Assembly (NCBI GenBank): GCA_964575605.1
Contig: CAZNRN010000008.1
Location: forward strand, 47,918-111,917
DNA length: 64,000 nucleotides
Source: an uncultured Micavibrio sp.
GTDB lineage: Bacteria > Pseudomonadota > Alphaproteobacteria > Micavibrionales > UBA2020
Direction: 5' to 3'
The position numbers were made by a program, and so were the translations under genes. Below are positions 40,207 through 49,751 of this stretch, one piece after another (within the stretch, counting starts at the first letter, position 1; each line of letters opens with the position of its first letter). The notes below the pieces were generated by a model that was not told the origin of the DNA, searched no databases, and saw only the letters and a program-made list of their open reading frames with translations.

Positions 40207-41319
40207 ATGAACAAAGCGCTAAAGCCCCTGCTCCTCGTCGGCAACAACACGGCGCCGGAAACGCGCAAGGCGCTCGAGGAAAGTGGCCAGTTCGAGGTCA
40301 TCACCGCCAGCATCGGCAAATTTGTCAGCGGCGAGCCCTTTGCCGAGCTGCACAAGGGCGAGGAAAAAGTTTACGCCGACAACCTCGCGCGCCTGAAGGG
40401 CGCGAAGGTCTATGTGCTGCAATCGACGTCGGAGCCCGTGGCCGACAGCTTCCAGCACATGCTGCTCATGGCGCATACGCTGAAATATTTCGGCGCGGGC
40501 GACGTGACCGCCATCTGCCCCTTCGCGGCGGGCTTGAGGCAGGACCGCGCGTTCAAGGACCGCTTCACATCGGTCGCGGCCGTGCTGTTCGCGCAGCAGA
40601 TGAAGGCGTCGGGTATCGACGGGGTCATCACCATGACGCCCCATTCCAAGGGCGCGATTGCGGAATACACCAAGGTTTTCGGCGACCGCTTTATTCCGCT
40701 CGCCACCACCAAGATGTTCGCGGATGACATCAAAGCGCGCTTCGGTTGCGACCCGGACCAGCTCTGCATCGGCGCGCCCGACGGCGCGGACAAGGCGACT
40801 GACGAAGGGCAGACACGCGCCCGCGAGCTTGCCAGGGCCATCTTCGGCCGCGCGGACGACGACTGCATGTTCCGCATCTCGAAAACGCATACCGGCGTGA
40901 ACAATACAAAAATCACCGCCTTCGACGGCGATGTGGCGGGCAAGGATTGCGTAATCATCGACGACATGATCGACGGCGGTTCCACCATGAACAACGCTGC
41001 CGCCATGCTAAAGGCGCAGGGTGCCCGTTCCGTCACCTGCTACGCCACGCATGGCATCCTCACGAACAACGCGCTTGAAAAACTGCTGGAGGCCAAATAC
41101 GACGGCATGCACAATGCCATCGATAAAATCGTCATCACCGACAGTATCCCCGGCGCCGCCGAGAAACTGGCCGCACTGCTGGCGCAGCAGCCCAAGCTGG
41201 CCGGCCGCGTGGAAATTTTGTCGGTCGGCGATATGGCCGTGAAACAGGTGAAGAAAGACATGGCGCCCACCGCCGTCCGTCCCGCCGCACAGGGCCCGAA
41301 GGCCGCTTTCGGCCGTTAA
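40207..41319 (+). CDS. ribose-phosphate pyrophosphokinase-like protein (divergent Prs)
   Basis: PRPP-binding loop VIIDDMIDGGSTM and a two-domain PRTase layout. 370 aa. Divergently transcribed from pncB. Confidence 0.6.
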   Translation: MNKALKPLLLVGNNTAPETRKALEESGQFEVITASIGKFVSGEPFAELHKGEEKVYADNLARLKGAKVYVLQSTSEPVADSFQHMLLMAHTLKYFGAGDVTAICPFAAGLRQDRAFKDRFTSVAAVLFAQQMKASGIDGVITMTPHSKGAIAEYTKVFGDRFIPLATTKMFADDIKARFGCDPDQLCIGAPDGADKATDEGQTRARELARAIFGRADDDCMFRISKTHTGVNNTKITAFDGDVAGKDCVIIDDMIDGGSTMNNAAAMLKAQGARSVTCYATHGILTNNALEKLLEAKYDGMHNAIDKIVITDSIPGAAEKLAALLAQQPKLAGRVEILSVGDMAVKQVKKDMAPTAVRPAAQGPKAAFGR

Positions 41320-41322
41320 GCC

Positions 41323-42021
41323 GTGGAAGAAAAGAAACCCCGCAGGAAACTGAAATACACGGTGCGCGGCATCCTTGCCGTGCTGCTTGTCTGCGTGGCC
41401 TATCTTTACCTCACCATTCCTGACGCGAAAAAACTGCCGCCGCTGAAGGACGGCGACATGGTTTTCCAGACGACAATGGACGTGCAGTCATGGGCGGTTA
41501 TCTTCGCCTCGCACAGCCCCTATACGCATATGGGCTTTATCCGCCTGACAAAGCGCGGCGCGGTGGTGGTGGAGGCCGTGGGGCCGGTCAAGGAAACGCC
41601 GCTGCAGGACTGGATGGTGCGCGGCTCGGGCATGCGCGTCAGCATCATGCGCCTCAAAGACCTGACGGAAGCTGACGCCAAGGCCGCCCTTGCCGCCGCG
41701 CGCAAGCACTACGGCAAGCCCTATGACATTTACTTCCTGCCCGGCGACGATGCGTTTTATTGCAGCGAGTTGGTCTACGATTCATTCAAGCGCACGGGCG
41801 TGACGGTCGGCGAAATGCAAAAAGTCGGCGAGCTTGGCCAGTCCTATGCGATGGACAAGATTATCGCCGCGCGCTGGCCCAGCTATCCGCCCTGCCGCAA
41901 GGATGGCATGACGCTGGATAAATGCCGCGCCATCATCATGGACCAGCCGCTGGTCACCCCCGCCAGCCTCGCCCGCGACAGCCGCGTGGAAATGGTCTGG
42001 TCGAACTATCCGTTTGAATAA
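41323..42021 (+). CDS. YiiX-family permuted papain-like (NlpC/P60) hydrolase
   Basis: GDMVFQ...YTHMGF...VVEAVGPVKETPLQDW...YGKPYD...FYCSELVY aligns well by eye with E. coli YiiX. GTG start. Confidence 0.8.
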   Translation: MEEKKPRRKLKYTVRGILAVLLVCVAYLYLTIPDAKKLPPLKDGDMVFQTTMDVQSWAVIFASHSPYTHMGFIRLTKRGAVVVEAVGPVKETPLQDWMVRGSGMRVSIMRLKDLTEADAKAALAAARKHYGKPYDIYFLPGDDAFYCSELVYDSFKRTGVTVGEMQKVGELGQSYAMDKIIAARWPSYPPCRKDGMTLDKCRAIIMDQPLVTPASLARDSRVEMVWSNYPFE

Positions 42022-42074
42022 CCTGTATATTTCCCCTCTGGCCAAGAGGTTCTGGAAATCGTAGGCTTCTGTCT

Positions 42075-43151
42075 ATGACAAAACAGGCCCTCGCCGCCGC
42101 CATCGACGCTCTGAAAAACCAGGATGATGCATACTTCGCCAACAGCATCGCCAAGCCGGACCTGTTGTCCTCCGCAAAAAAAACGCTCGCCAATTTTGAC
42201 GACGACGTCGAACGCGTGAAACGCGAAGGCGCCGTCCTCTTCGCAACGCCGCCCGCATCCGGCGATGCGCTGGCCGCGCTCTTCGATATCTGGCGCAAGG
42301 ACCCGCCCTCGACCGCCGCGGTGGTGACCGTCGCCGCGCAGGCGCTGGGCATCGATGAAGACGCGCCCGCATACAAGGCCGCACTGATGGCCGCCATCGC
42401 AGCCGACGTCGACCCCGGCCATGCCTATCACAACACCAGCCATTTCCGCGAAGTCACCTGCAGCATGGCAAGGCTGCTGACGGTGAACAACGAACTGGCG
42501 GCATCTGGCGCCAAAGGCACGGAACTGCTGGACAGCGACAGCATGGCAAAATGCCTGCTGGCCGCCGCATCGCACGACCTGTTGCACAGCGGCGGCAACA
42601 ATACCGTGGCAGGCGTCCACCAGCGTTACCGCCTGGAAGACAAGGCCATCGGCGCGGCCGAACCCTTTATGCAGCTGGCGGGCATGAAGGCGCGCGACAT
42701 CGAAGATGTGCGCGTCATGATCCGTGTTACCGATATTTCGAAAGACGCCGGCGGTTTCAGCCCGCACAACCTGCTGCGCGAAATTTACGGCGAGACTTTC
42801 GAAGACAAAGAAATCGAAAAACGCCCCGCGCGCCCGAAGGAACTCGCGCGACTTGGCAAGGATGATAGGCTGCTGGTCATGGCCGCGCTGATGAGCGATG
42901 CGGACCTGACGCCTTCGGCCGCCACGGCCTATGACTTTTCGCGCCGCCAGACGACACTGATGAACCGCGAAAATCCGGATATCAAGGATAACGACGCCTC
43001 GCTGGCGGGTTTCCTGAAGTTTCTCATGGGCGGCACCTTTACCTCCGTCGCGGGCAAAACGGCGGGACAGACGGCGCTCGACGGCATTTATCAGGATGCG
43101 CACGCAAAAGTACCGCAGAAAGACCCGAAATCCGCGCCAAAAACACCTTAA
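42075..43151 (+). CDS. class I (eukaryote-type) cyclic-nucleotide phosphodiesterase-like HD protein
   Basis: YHNTSHFREV, then HDLLHSGGNNTV. The latter fits the PROSITE PDEASE_I pattern H-D-[LIVMFY]-x-H-x-[AG]-x(2)-[NQ]-x-[LIVMFY] at every position (checked by hand). MSDADL follows later. Confidence 0.65.
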   Translation: MTKQALAAAIDALKNQDDAYFANSIAKPDLLSSAKKTLANFDDDVERVKREGAVLFATPPASGDALAALFDIWRKDPPSTAAVVTVAAQALGIDEDAPAYKAALMAAIAADVDPGHAYHNTSHFREVTCSMARLLTVNNELAASGAKGTELLDSDSMAKCLLAAASHDLLHSGGNNTVAGVHQRYRLEDKAIGAAEPFMQLAGMKARDIEDVRVMIRVTDISKDAGGFSPHNLLREIYGETFEDKEIEKRPARPKELARLGKDDRLLVMAALMSDADLTPSAATAYDFSRRQTTLMNRENPDIKDNDASLAGFLKFLMGGTFTSVAGKTAGQTALDGIYQDAHAKVPQKDPKSAPKTP

Positions 43152-43210
43152 GCCTTGGCGCGACTCGCGACGGGCTGTTAGAAGGTCTCAGGCAATAATA
43201 AAGAACCTGC

Positions 43211-44485
43211 ATGACCGCCGCCCCCAAAAAAGCCAAAACCAAATTCGACCTGAACGTGCTGAAGATACGTAACTTCCGCATGCTGCTGGCGACGCGCATG
43301 TTCATCATAATGGCGCTGCAGTCCCAATCGGTGATCGTCGGCTGGCAGATATATTCGCTCACGGGCGACGCCTTTATGCTGGGCCTGACCGGTCTGGCCG
43401 AGGCCATCCCCGCCATTTCCTGCGCCTTTTTCGCGGGCCATGTTGTGGATGTTGGAAATCCGCGCAAAATATACATCACCGCTATCGGCATCCTTGCGCT
43501 CAACACCATTACGCTCGCGGCCTTTGCGGGCGGCTATGCGCCCATCGACAAAAGCTGGCTGCTCTACCTGATTTATTTCGGCATCTTCCTGTCGGGCCTT
43601 GCGCGCGCCTTCGTCATCCCTGCGTCCTTCACCATACTGTCGCTGGTGGTGAAGCGGGAGGAAATGCCGGCCGCCGCCGCATGGCTTGGCACCGGGTTCC
43701 AGACGTCGTCGATTATCGCGCCCGCCGCCGCCGGCCTTATCTATGGCGGTTACGGCGCGCATGGCGCATGGCTGCTGCCCGCAACGCTGCTGACCTGCGC
43801 CTTTGGCGCCGTCAATGCGCTGAAGGTCGGAAGCCATCCGCGCGGCGAGAAAAAAGAAAGCGCGGTCAAATCCATCACCGCCGGCTGGAAATTCATCTGG
43901 GAGCACAAGGTGCTGCTGTCGATGATGGCGCTCGACATGTTCGCGGTGCTGTTTGGCGGCGCGGTCGCGATGCTGCCTGCGGTCGCGGAACAAATCCTGC
44001 ATGCGGGGCCGCAGGCGCTGGGCGCGCTCCGCGCCGCGCCCGCCATGGGGGCGATATTCACCACGCTCTACCTTGCGCTGAACCCGATGAAAAAAGTTTC
44101 GGCCGTCAAACTGCTCTGGGTCGTGACGGGCTTCGGTTTTTGCATGCTGGGCTTCGGCCTCTCCGAAACCTTGTGGATTTCCATGGCCTGCCTTGCGCTC
44201 TCTGGCGTTTTCGACAGCGTCAGCATGACGATCCGCGCGACGCTGATGCAGCTGCTGACCCCCGACCACATGCGCGGGCGCGTGTCTTCCATCAGTTCGA
44301 TGTTCATTATTTCATCGAATGAAATCGGGGCGTTTGAATCGGGCACGGCGGCGCGCCTGCTCGGCCTTGCGCCCTCGATCATCTTCGGCGGCATAGGCAC
44401 CTTGGTCGTGACGGGCATCATCGCCTGCCTCTCGCCCCAGCTGCGGCGCACGGTGGTCGAGGTCGAAGCGCCGAAAAACACGTAA
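43211..44485 (+). CDS. MFS transporter
   Basis: 424 aa, about 12 TM helices, NFRMLLATRMF start typical of MFS_3/EntS-like exporters. Confidence 0.8.
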   Translation: MTAAPKKAKTKFDLNVLKIRNFRMLLATRMFIIMALQSQSVIVGWQIYSLTGDAFMLGLTGLAEAIPAISCAFFAGHVVDVGNPRKIYITAIGILALNTITLAAFAGGYAPIDKSWLLYLIYFGIFLSGLARAFVIPASFTILSLVVKREEMPAAAAWLGTGFQTSSIIAPAAAGLIYGGYGAHGAWLLPATLLTCAFGAVNALKVGSHPRGEKKESAVKSITAGWKFIWEHKVLLSMMALDMFAVLFGGAVAMLPAVAEQILHAGPQALGALRAAPAMGAIFTTLYLALNPMKKVSAVKLLWVVTGFGFCMLGFGLSETLWISMACLALSGVFDSVSMTIRATLMQLLTPDHMRGRVSSISSMFIISSNEIGAFESGTAARLLGLAPSIIFGGIGTLVVTGIIACLSPQLRRTVVEVEAPKNT

Positions 44486-44604
44486 AATCAGGCACGCGGT
44501 AATAATATTATAATTGTCGTCCACAGCCCCCGGACGCGGGGTTGCCATGCTATGCTTAATCCATTAAAAACACAGAACCTGAAAATAGCGAAGGCACAGA
44601 GCCG

Positions 44605-46683
44605 ATGGATAATCGCGTCACACCGACCGAGTCCGGCACTGCTGCCGTCATGGGCGCATCCTATGACGGCAAAGGGGTAAACTTTGCCATCTATTCAAAA
44701 CATGCCGAAAAAATCGAGCTCTGCCTTTTCGACGATAAAGGCGAAAAAGAAATCGAGCGCATCACGCTCCCCGCCCGCACCGGCGACGTCTGGCACGGCT
44801 ATGTGCCGGGGCTGAAACCGGGGCAGGTCTACGGCTACCGCGTGCACGGCCCCTATGACCCCGAAAACGGCCACCGTTTCAATCCGCAGAAACTGCTGCT
44901 CGACCCCTATGCCGCGGAAGTCGTCGGGCAGATCAACTGGACCGAAGAGCAGACCAACCCGCACAAGGACAGCGCGCCCGCCACCGTCAAGGCACGCGTG
45001 GCGGAGCCCCTGCCCGCCTCGACCGTCGCAGCACCCAATATCGCACGCAACGATATGCGCATCGCCGAGATGCATGTGCGCGGAGCGACCATGCTGGACG
45101 AAAAAGTGCCGGAGGAAGTACGCGGCACCTATGCCGGCCTCGCCTCAGACGCCTTTATCGACTACGTCAAGAACGAGCTGAAGGCGAATACCATCGAACT
45201 GATGCCGGCGCATGCCAAGCTCAACGACCTCTTCCTCGTGCAGAAGGGCCTGAAGAATTACTGGGGCTATAACACCGTCGGCTATTTCGCCCCAGAGCCT
45301 GAATATGCGGCGGACAAGGACAACGCCCGCGCCGAATTCAAGGCCATGGTCGACAAGCTGCATGCAAACGGCATAGAAATCATTCTGGATGTCGTCTTCA
45401 ACCACGCGGGCGAAGGGGACGAGCGGGGGCCGACGCTGCTGTTCCGCGGCATCGACAACGCCAGCTATTACCGGCTCGACCCCCGCGACAAGCGCAAATA
45501 CGTCAATGACACCGGTTGCGGCAATACGCTTGATGCCGACAACCCCGCTGTGCGCAAGATGATTTTGGATAGCCTGCGCCATTGGGTGATCGAATACGGC
45601 ATCGACGGCTTCCGCTTCGACCTCGCTCCCGTGCTGGGGCGCAACGCCAGCGGCTATTCGAAAGACGCGCCTTTCTTCAAGGAAATCGAGGCCGACCCCG
45701 TATTGTCGAAAATCAAATTAATCGCCGAGCCCTGGGACCCCGGCCCCGGCGGCTACCAGCTGGGCAACTTCCCCAAGGGCTGGGCGGAATGGAACGACCG
45801 TTTCCGCGACGACGTGCGCAAGTTCTGGCGCGGCGATTACGACACCATCGGCTGGCTGGCGACGCGCCTTGCGGGTTCCGCCCCCGAATTCGACCGCGGC
45901 GGCCGCGTGCCCCAGGACAGCGTGAATTTCATCACCTGCCACGACGGCTTTACGCTGCACGATGTCGTCAGCTATTCGCACAAGCACAACCTGGCGAACG
46001 GCGAGGACAACCGCGACGGCACCGGCGAAAACTACAGCGCAAATTACGGGGCTGAAGGCCTGACCACCGACCACGCCGTGATCGCGCTGCGCGAACAGCA
46101 AAAACGCAACATGCTGGCGACGCTGTTCATGGCGCAGGGCACGCCCATGCAGCTGCTGGGCGACGAGCGCGGCAACAGCCAGGGCGGTAACAACAACGCC
46201 TATTGCCAGGACAACAACACCGGCTGGGTCGAATGGGACGAAACGACGGCGGAGGGCAAAAAAACCGCCGCTTTCGTTAAAAAACTCGCCGAATTCCGCG
46301 ACGAACATTCATACCTCTGCGCCGACCATTTCCTGCACGGCCGCGAAAAATGCGCCGACGGCATCCCCGACCTGCAATGGATCGCCACCAACGGCCAGCC
46401 CCGCACCGACGCCGACTGGCAAAAGCGCGACGATAAATGTTTGGGCATGCTCCTTAACGAAGGCGCCATCACCGGCAAGCCCAAAGGCCGGCGACTGATG
46501 GCGGTGTTCAACAGCGCCGCCTCCTCGACCGAATTCAAGCTTCCCGAACTGAAGGGCGGCAGCGGCTGGGTCAAGGCGCTCGACACCACACAGCCGGGTG
46601 ATGATGGCAAGACAGCTATCGCCGACGGGGCAAAAGTCACTATCCCCGCCCGCTCGGTCGTCGTGTTCGTGCAGGAACCCTGA
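44605..46683 (+). CDS. glgX: glycogen debranching enzyme
   Basis: GVNFAIYS, GYRVHGPYDPENGHRFNPQKLLLDPYA, DGFRFDLA, EPWD and CHDGFTL. Confidence 0.9.
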   Translation: MDNRVTPTESGTAAVMGASYDGKGVNFAIYSKHAEKIELCLFDDKGEKEIERITLPARTGDVWHGYVPGLKPGQVYGYRVHGPYDPENGHRFNPQKLLLDPYAAEVVGQINWTEEQTNPHKDSAPATVKARVAEPLPASTVAAPNIARNDMRIAEMHVRGATMLDEKVPEEVRGTYAGLASDAFIDYVKNELKANTIELMPAHAKLNDLFLVQKGLKNYWGYNTVGYFAPEPEYAADKDNARAEFKAMVDKLHANGIEIILDVVFNHAGEGDERGPTLLFRGIDNASYYRLDPRDKRKYVNDTGCGNTLDADNPAVRKMILDSLRHWVIEYGIDGFRFDLAPVLGRNASGYSKDAPFFKEIEADPVLSKIKLIAEPWDPGPGGYQLGNFPKGWAEWNDRFRDDVRKFWRGDYDTIGWLATRLAGSAPEFDRGGRVPQDSVNFITCHDGFTLHDVVSYSHKHNLANGEDNRDGTGENYSANYGAEGLTTDHAVIALREQQKRNMLATLFMAQGTPMQLLGDERGNSQGGNNNAYCQDNNTGWVEWDETTAEGKKTAAFVKKLAEFRDEHSYLCADHFLHGREKCADGIPDLQWIATNGQPRTDADWQKRDDKCLGMLLNEGAITGKPKGRRLMAVFNSAASSTEFKLPELKGGSGWVKALDTTQPGDDGKTAIADGAKVTIPARSVVVFVQEP

Positions 46684-46821
46684 CCCCTCTACCCGCGCCC
46701 CGTCTTTTCCCGAGTCGTCCCTACGATTCCAAAGTTTCCGCCTACTGTCAGACTTTATGAAAATCGCTCGTTTTGATTTTCTTTTTAAATTCAGTGCTTT
46801 AACAACTCCGTTAAATCATCA

Positions 46822-46879
46822 TTGACTTATACTCTGTAAGATTATAAATAATACTCTCTAAGAGCATATATTATACTCT
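46822..46879 (+). promoter_or_regulatory. putative promoter (TTGACT-N17-TAAATA) overlapped by three ATACTCT direct repeats phased 22 bp apart
   Basis: TTGACT lies at 46822-46827 and TAAATA at 46845-46850. ATACTCT lies at 46829-46835, 46851-46857 and 46873-46879 (indexed base by base). The region is AT-rich and the first operon ATG is at 46916. Confidence 0.5.
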
Positions 46880-46915
46880 TACCGATGATATTCATAATCA
46901 AGAAGAAGAAATCAC

Positions 46916-47836
46916 ATGCGCGCCATCGTCAAAAACAAAAATTCATTGGGTGTACAAAACATCCCCGCCCCGCTACTCACCGCTGACACCGACGTGATTA
47001 TCGAGGTGAAACTGGCGGGGCTTTGCCGCACCGACGTCTTCGTGGCGGAGGGGCGCATCCCCTGCAAGGAAACCCTTGTCCTCGGCCACGAATTTTCGGG
47101 CGTCGTGGTGCAGGCAGGCAGCGATGCCGATTTTTCCCAAGGCGACCGCGTGACGGCCATGCCCGTGCTGCCCTGTTTCGCCTGCGAGCGCTGCGACGCG
47201 GGCCGCGCCGACCAGTGCCAGAGAACCACCATGCTGGGCATCGACGTTGACGGCGCCTTTGCCGAGCGCGTGGCCGTGCCCGCGACCGCCGTCTACAAAA
47301 TTCCCGATACCATGTCCTACCGCCTTGCCGCCTATGCCGAGCCTGTGGCGGCCGCGCTGTCGGTGATGAAATCGGGCATCGAAAAATCGCAGCGCGGCGT
47401 GATTTACGGCAACAACCGCTTCAGCCACCTGATATTGCGCATCATGCGCGCCTATGATTTCAAAAACGTCACCATTCACGACCCGAAAACGGCGGTGCTG
47501 CAGGAATCGCGCTATGATTTTGCCGTTGAAACGCTGGCCGCCAATCAAACCATGAGCGAATTGATGACCGCCGTGAAACCCGGCGGCCGCATCGTGCTGA
47601 AAAGCCGCAAGCATGAACCCGTTGGAATTTGTTTTGCCGAGGCGGTGCGCAAGGAAATCACCTTCACCGCCGTCAACTATGGCGAATTCGGCGAGGCGAT
47701 CCGCTTGATGGCCGAGGGGTTGATTGCAGTGGATGATTTATTGGGCGAGGAATACGGCCTTGGCGATTACGCCACAGTGTTCGAGCGTTCAAAAACGCTG
47801 GAAACCCGCAAGGTTTTCTTCAACCCGGAGAAATAA
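46916..47836 (+). CDS. zinc-dependent MDR alcohol dehydrogenase-like protein
   Basis: GLCRTDVFV, GHEFSGVV and the Cys cluster CFACERCDAGRADQC (structural Zn). Confidence 0.8.
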   Translation: MRAIVKNKNSLGVQNIPAPLLTADTDVIIEVKLAGLCRTDVFVAEGRIPCKETLVLGHEFSGVVVQAGSDADFSQGDRVTAMPVLPCFACERCDAGRADQCQRTTMLGIDVDGAFAERVAVPATAVYKIPDTMSYRLAAYAEPVAAALSVMKSGIEKSQRGVIYGNNRFSHLILRIMRAYDFKNVTIHDPKTAVLQESRYDFAVETLAANQTMSELMTAVKPGGRIVLKSRKHEPVGICFAEAVRKEITFTAVNYGEFGEAIRLMAEGLIAVDDLLGEEYGLGDYATVFERSKTLETRKVFFNPEK

Positions 47837-47837
47837 C

Positions 47838-49751
47838 ATGTGCGGCATCACCGGCATCGTCTCGGCATCTCGCCCCGCAGGCATGGAACAGCTGAAACGC
47901 GGCACCGACGCGCTGGTCCACCGCGGCCCGGACGGCGAGGGTTTTTATATCGCCGCCAATAAAACGGCTGCCCTCGGCCACCGCCGCCTGTCGATCGTCG
48001 ACCTGTCGACCGGCAGCCAGCCGATTTCCAGCGAAGACGGCCGCAAGCACATCGTCGTTAACGGCGAATTCTACGGTCACGCCGACATCCGCCGCGGCCT
48101 TGAAGCACTCGGGCATGTTTTCAAGACAAAGTCCGACAGCGAGATTGCGCTGCACCTGTACGAGGAATACGGCACAGCCTGCCTCGAACACCTGCGCGGC
48201 GAATTCGCCTTTATCCTCTGGGACGAAGACAAGCAGATGCTGTTCGCCGCGCGCGACCGTTTTGGCATCAAGCCGCTGTGCTATACCCAATATAACGGCC
48301 AGTTACTGCTGGCATCCGAGGCGAAAGCCCTGTTTGCCATGGGCGCGCCCGCGGCCTGGGACGATTACAGCTTTTTCCACGCCGCCCAGCTGCAATACAC
48401 GCCGCAGGACCGCACGCTGTTTAAAAACATTTTCCAGCTGAAGCCCGGCCATGCGCTGGTGGCCAAGGGCGGCCGCACCGAAACCTTTAAATACTGGGAC
48501 CTTGATTTCCTGCCCGAAGCGCAAACCGATAAAGGCAGCGAAAAAGACCTCATCGACGCCTTCGCAGCGGAACTGGAACAATCCATCCGCCTGCGGCTGA
48601 TGGCCGATGTGCCGGTCTGTTTCCACCTGTCGGGCGGGCTGGACAGCGCAAGCGTGCTCGGCCTGGCCGCCAGCATCACGGGCAAGCAGCTGGATGCCTT
48701 CACCGTCAGCTTCGGGCATGAAGGCTACGACGAACTGCCCATCGCCGAAGAAATGGCCAAGACCCGCGGCGCGCGCCTGCACGCGGTCCACGTAACGCAA
48801 GAGGATTTAGTGCGCGAGCTGCCCGACGCTGTTTATTACGGCGAAGGCCTCGCCATCAACGGCCACCTGGCCGGCAAATACATGCTGAACCGCGCCATCC
48901 GCCGCGCCGGGTTCAAGGTTGCCTTGACGGGCGAAGGCTCTGACGAAATCCTCGCCGGCTATCCGCACCTGCGGCAGGACCTGCTGCGCGCGGAGGCGTC
49001 GAACGACGTCGCCGCCAAAGCCATGGCGAAAATCTACGCCACCAACGGCGCATCGGCCGGGGTACAAATCGCCCTTGGCGCCCAACTACCGACGCAGGCC
49101 GTGAAAGCGGCGCTGGGGTATACCCCCGCCTTCCTCGAGGCCAAGGCCTCGCTGGGTAGCCGCATGTCCGGCGTGCTCTCGGACGGTTTCGCCGCGCAAT
49201 TCACGCGCACCGACAGCTATGCCGAACTGATGGCGGCAACGCCTGTGGCCGAACAGCTGAAAGGCCGCCACCCCGTGAACCAGTCGTCGTGGATATGGGC
49301 GAAGACGGCGCTGGCCAATTACATCCTGCGCACGCTGGGCGACGGGATGGAGATGGCGCAGTCGGTCGAAGGCCGCCTGCCCTTCCTCGACCACAAGCTG
49401 TTCGAAACCGCGCGCCGCCTGCCGCTGGGCCTGAAAATAAAAGGCATGGTGGAAAAATACGTGCTGCGCGAAGCTGCAAAACCCCACATCACCGATACCA
49501 TCTACCGCCGCCAGAAACACCCCTTCATGGCGCCGCCCGTGACGTCGCATGCCAATGCCGCACTGATGGAACTGGTGGGCGATACGCTGCAATCGGCGAG
49601 CTTCGCCGCACTGCCTTTCTTCGACCGCAAGAAAGCGCTGGCAGCCCTGCACGGACTGCCCGCCATGGCAGCGCCGGAGCGCGCCGCGATGGAGCCCGTT
49701 CTGATGACGATGCTGACCGCTAACATGCTGCAACAGGAATTCGGATTATGA
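47838..49751 (+). CDS. asparagine synthetase B-like glutamine amidotransferase
   Basis: Start MCGITGIV (Ntn Cys2), HRGPDGEG and PP-loop HLSGGLDSA. The start was moved from 47724 to 47838, 1 nt after the upstream stop. Confidence 0.85.
   Translation: MCGITGIVSASRPAGMEQLKRGTDALVHRGPDGEGFYIAANKTAALGHRRLSIVDLSTGSQPISSEDGRKHIVVNGEFYGHADIRRGLEALGHVFKTKSDSEIALHLYEEYGTACLEHLRGEFAFILWDEDKQMLFAARDRFGIKPLCYTQYNGQLLLASEAKALFAMGAPAAWDDYSFFHAAQLQYTPQDRTLFKNIFQLKPGHALVAKGGRTETFKYWDLDFLPEAQTDKGSEKDLIDAFAAELEQSIRLRLMADVPVCFHLSGGLDSASVLGLAASITGKQLDAFTVSFGHEGYDELPIAEEMAKTRGARLHAVHVTQEDLVRELPDAVYYGEGLAINGHLAGKYMLNRAIRRAGFKVALTGEGSDEILAGYPHLRQDLLRAEASNDVAAKAMAKIYATNGASAGVQIALGAQLPTQAVKAALGYTPAFLEAKASLGSRMSGVLSDGFAAQFTRTDSYAELMAATPVAEQLKGRHPVNQSSWIWAKTALANYILRTLGDGMEMAQSVEGRLPFLDHKLFETARRLPLGLKIKGMVEKYVLREAAKPHITDTIYRRQKHPFMAPPVTSHANAALMELVGDTLQSASFAALPFFDRKKALAALHGLPAMAAPERAAMEPVLMTMLTANMLQQEFGL

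Noticed and set aside
38143-41319. Prs-like plus PRTase pair as a NARP1-type (Adps + Namat) NAD reconstitution module, as described in phages
   Set aside because: The PRTase carries NAPRT/PncB-type motifs (LLTDxY..T, AGLE, GTxxH) rather than NAMPT-like ones. It is also coupled to PncA and NadE, so the classical Preiss-Handler route is more parsimonious. This could be revisited by aligning to Adps/Namat.
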